This document shows, piece after piece, positions 60,753 to 61,257 of a stretch of DNA of 61,257 nt; the stretch's first letter is position 1; every line of letters starts with the position of its first letter. Position numbers and translations under genes: made by a program. Under the pieces are notes generated by a model. The model was not told where the DNA came from. It ran no database searches and was given only the letters and a program-made list of their open reading frames with translations. Source of the stretch: Coniocarpon cinnabarinum (Eukaryota). The stretch spans positions 1 through 61,257 of the forward strand of contig JAVECO010000143.1 in assembly GCA_051942205.1 (NCBI GenBank). The letters are read 5' to 3'.

Positions 60753-61237
60753 GTAATAAAGTTATTTGTTTCGTATTAGGTTAATGTCTCTGTCTGTGTC
60801 TGTGTCTGTATCTCTGTCTATGTTTATGTCTCTATCTATAAGAACCTAGTACCTATACTACTAGGGCTATAAGATAAAAGATCTACTATAAATATTTCTA
60901 AAGAATATTATTTAGTATATAATATTATTATACTATTTATATCTATATCTATGTCTTTCTTTCTATTTATATTTCTATCTACGTTTTTATTTTTATATAT
61001 AATTTATTAGATTTAGCTTTATATTAATTATATACTATACTTAGCTTTATTCTAGCTTTTAACTAAGTTATATATAGACTACTACTATTATTATAATAAT
61101 AGTATGAATAAATATAAGATTTTAATAATAAATTTAAAAAAAAAATTTAATATTATTTATATATATATATATATCTAATAAGTTATACTGTTATAGATTT
61201 TAGTAAGCAAAAGAAAAAAGAGAAGGTAAAGCTAACC
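60745..61237. other. Very AT-rich, TpA-rich subtelomeric tract (RIP-like degraded DNA)
   Basis: Abrupt switch to sequence dominated by TA/TAA/TAG, with a degenerate (TGTCTN)n run at ~60785-60840. Confidence 0.8.
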
Positions 61238-61257
61238 TTAGGGTTAGGGTTAGGGTT
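61238..61257 (+). repeat. Telomeric repeat (TTAGGG)n, chromosome end
   Basis: TTAGGG x3 plus TT at the very end of the sequence, with the G-rich strand running 5'->3' outward. Confidence 0.9.

Overview
Right-hand chromosome end of a filamentous ascomycete. Evidence: GT-AG introns with CTRAY branch sites, fungal housekeeping genes and a terminal (TTAGGG)n. Bases 1-49000 are a compact, intron-poor core region containing a DnaJ/Hlj1-like protein, a Siw14-type phosphatase, GH12, a carboxylesterase, Yvh1, a C2H2 transcription factor, Vfa1, an Atx1-like chaperone, a lipoyltransferase, Aro2, Mes1, Lto1, an SDR, DUF3328/UstYa, Ufd2, TRAPPC13, Arg4, an amino-acid permease, Aco2 and an RCC1 protein. 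Bases 49000-61257 are a subtelomeric domain with decayed ORFs, short duplications bearing RIP-like transitions, an AT/TpA-rich terminal tract and the telomere. The most striking object is the telomere-adjacent spliced gene at 57367-~60750. It has three in-frame stops, each explicable as a C->T change at CpA. By eye it combines a Ulp1/C48-like protease, Cys/His zinc-binding modules and a C-terminal segment resembling a serine-recombinase (resolvase) catalytic domain, making it a candidate undescribed telomere-linked element. All family calls come from motif recognition by eye; no searches were run.
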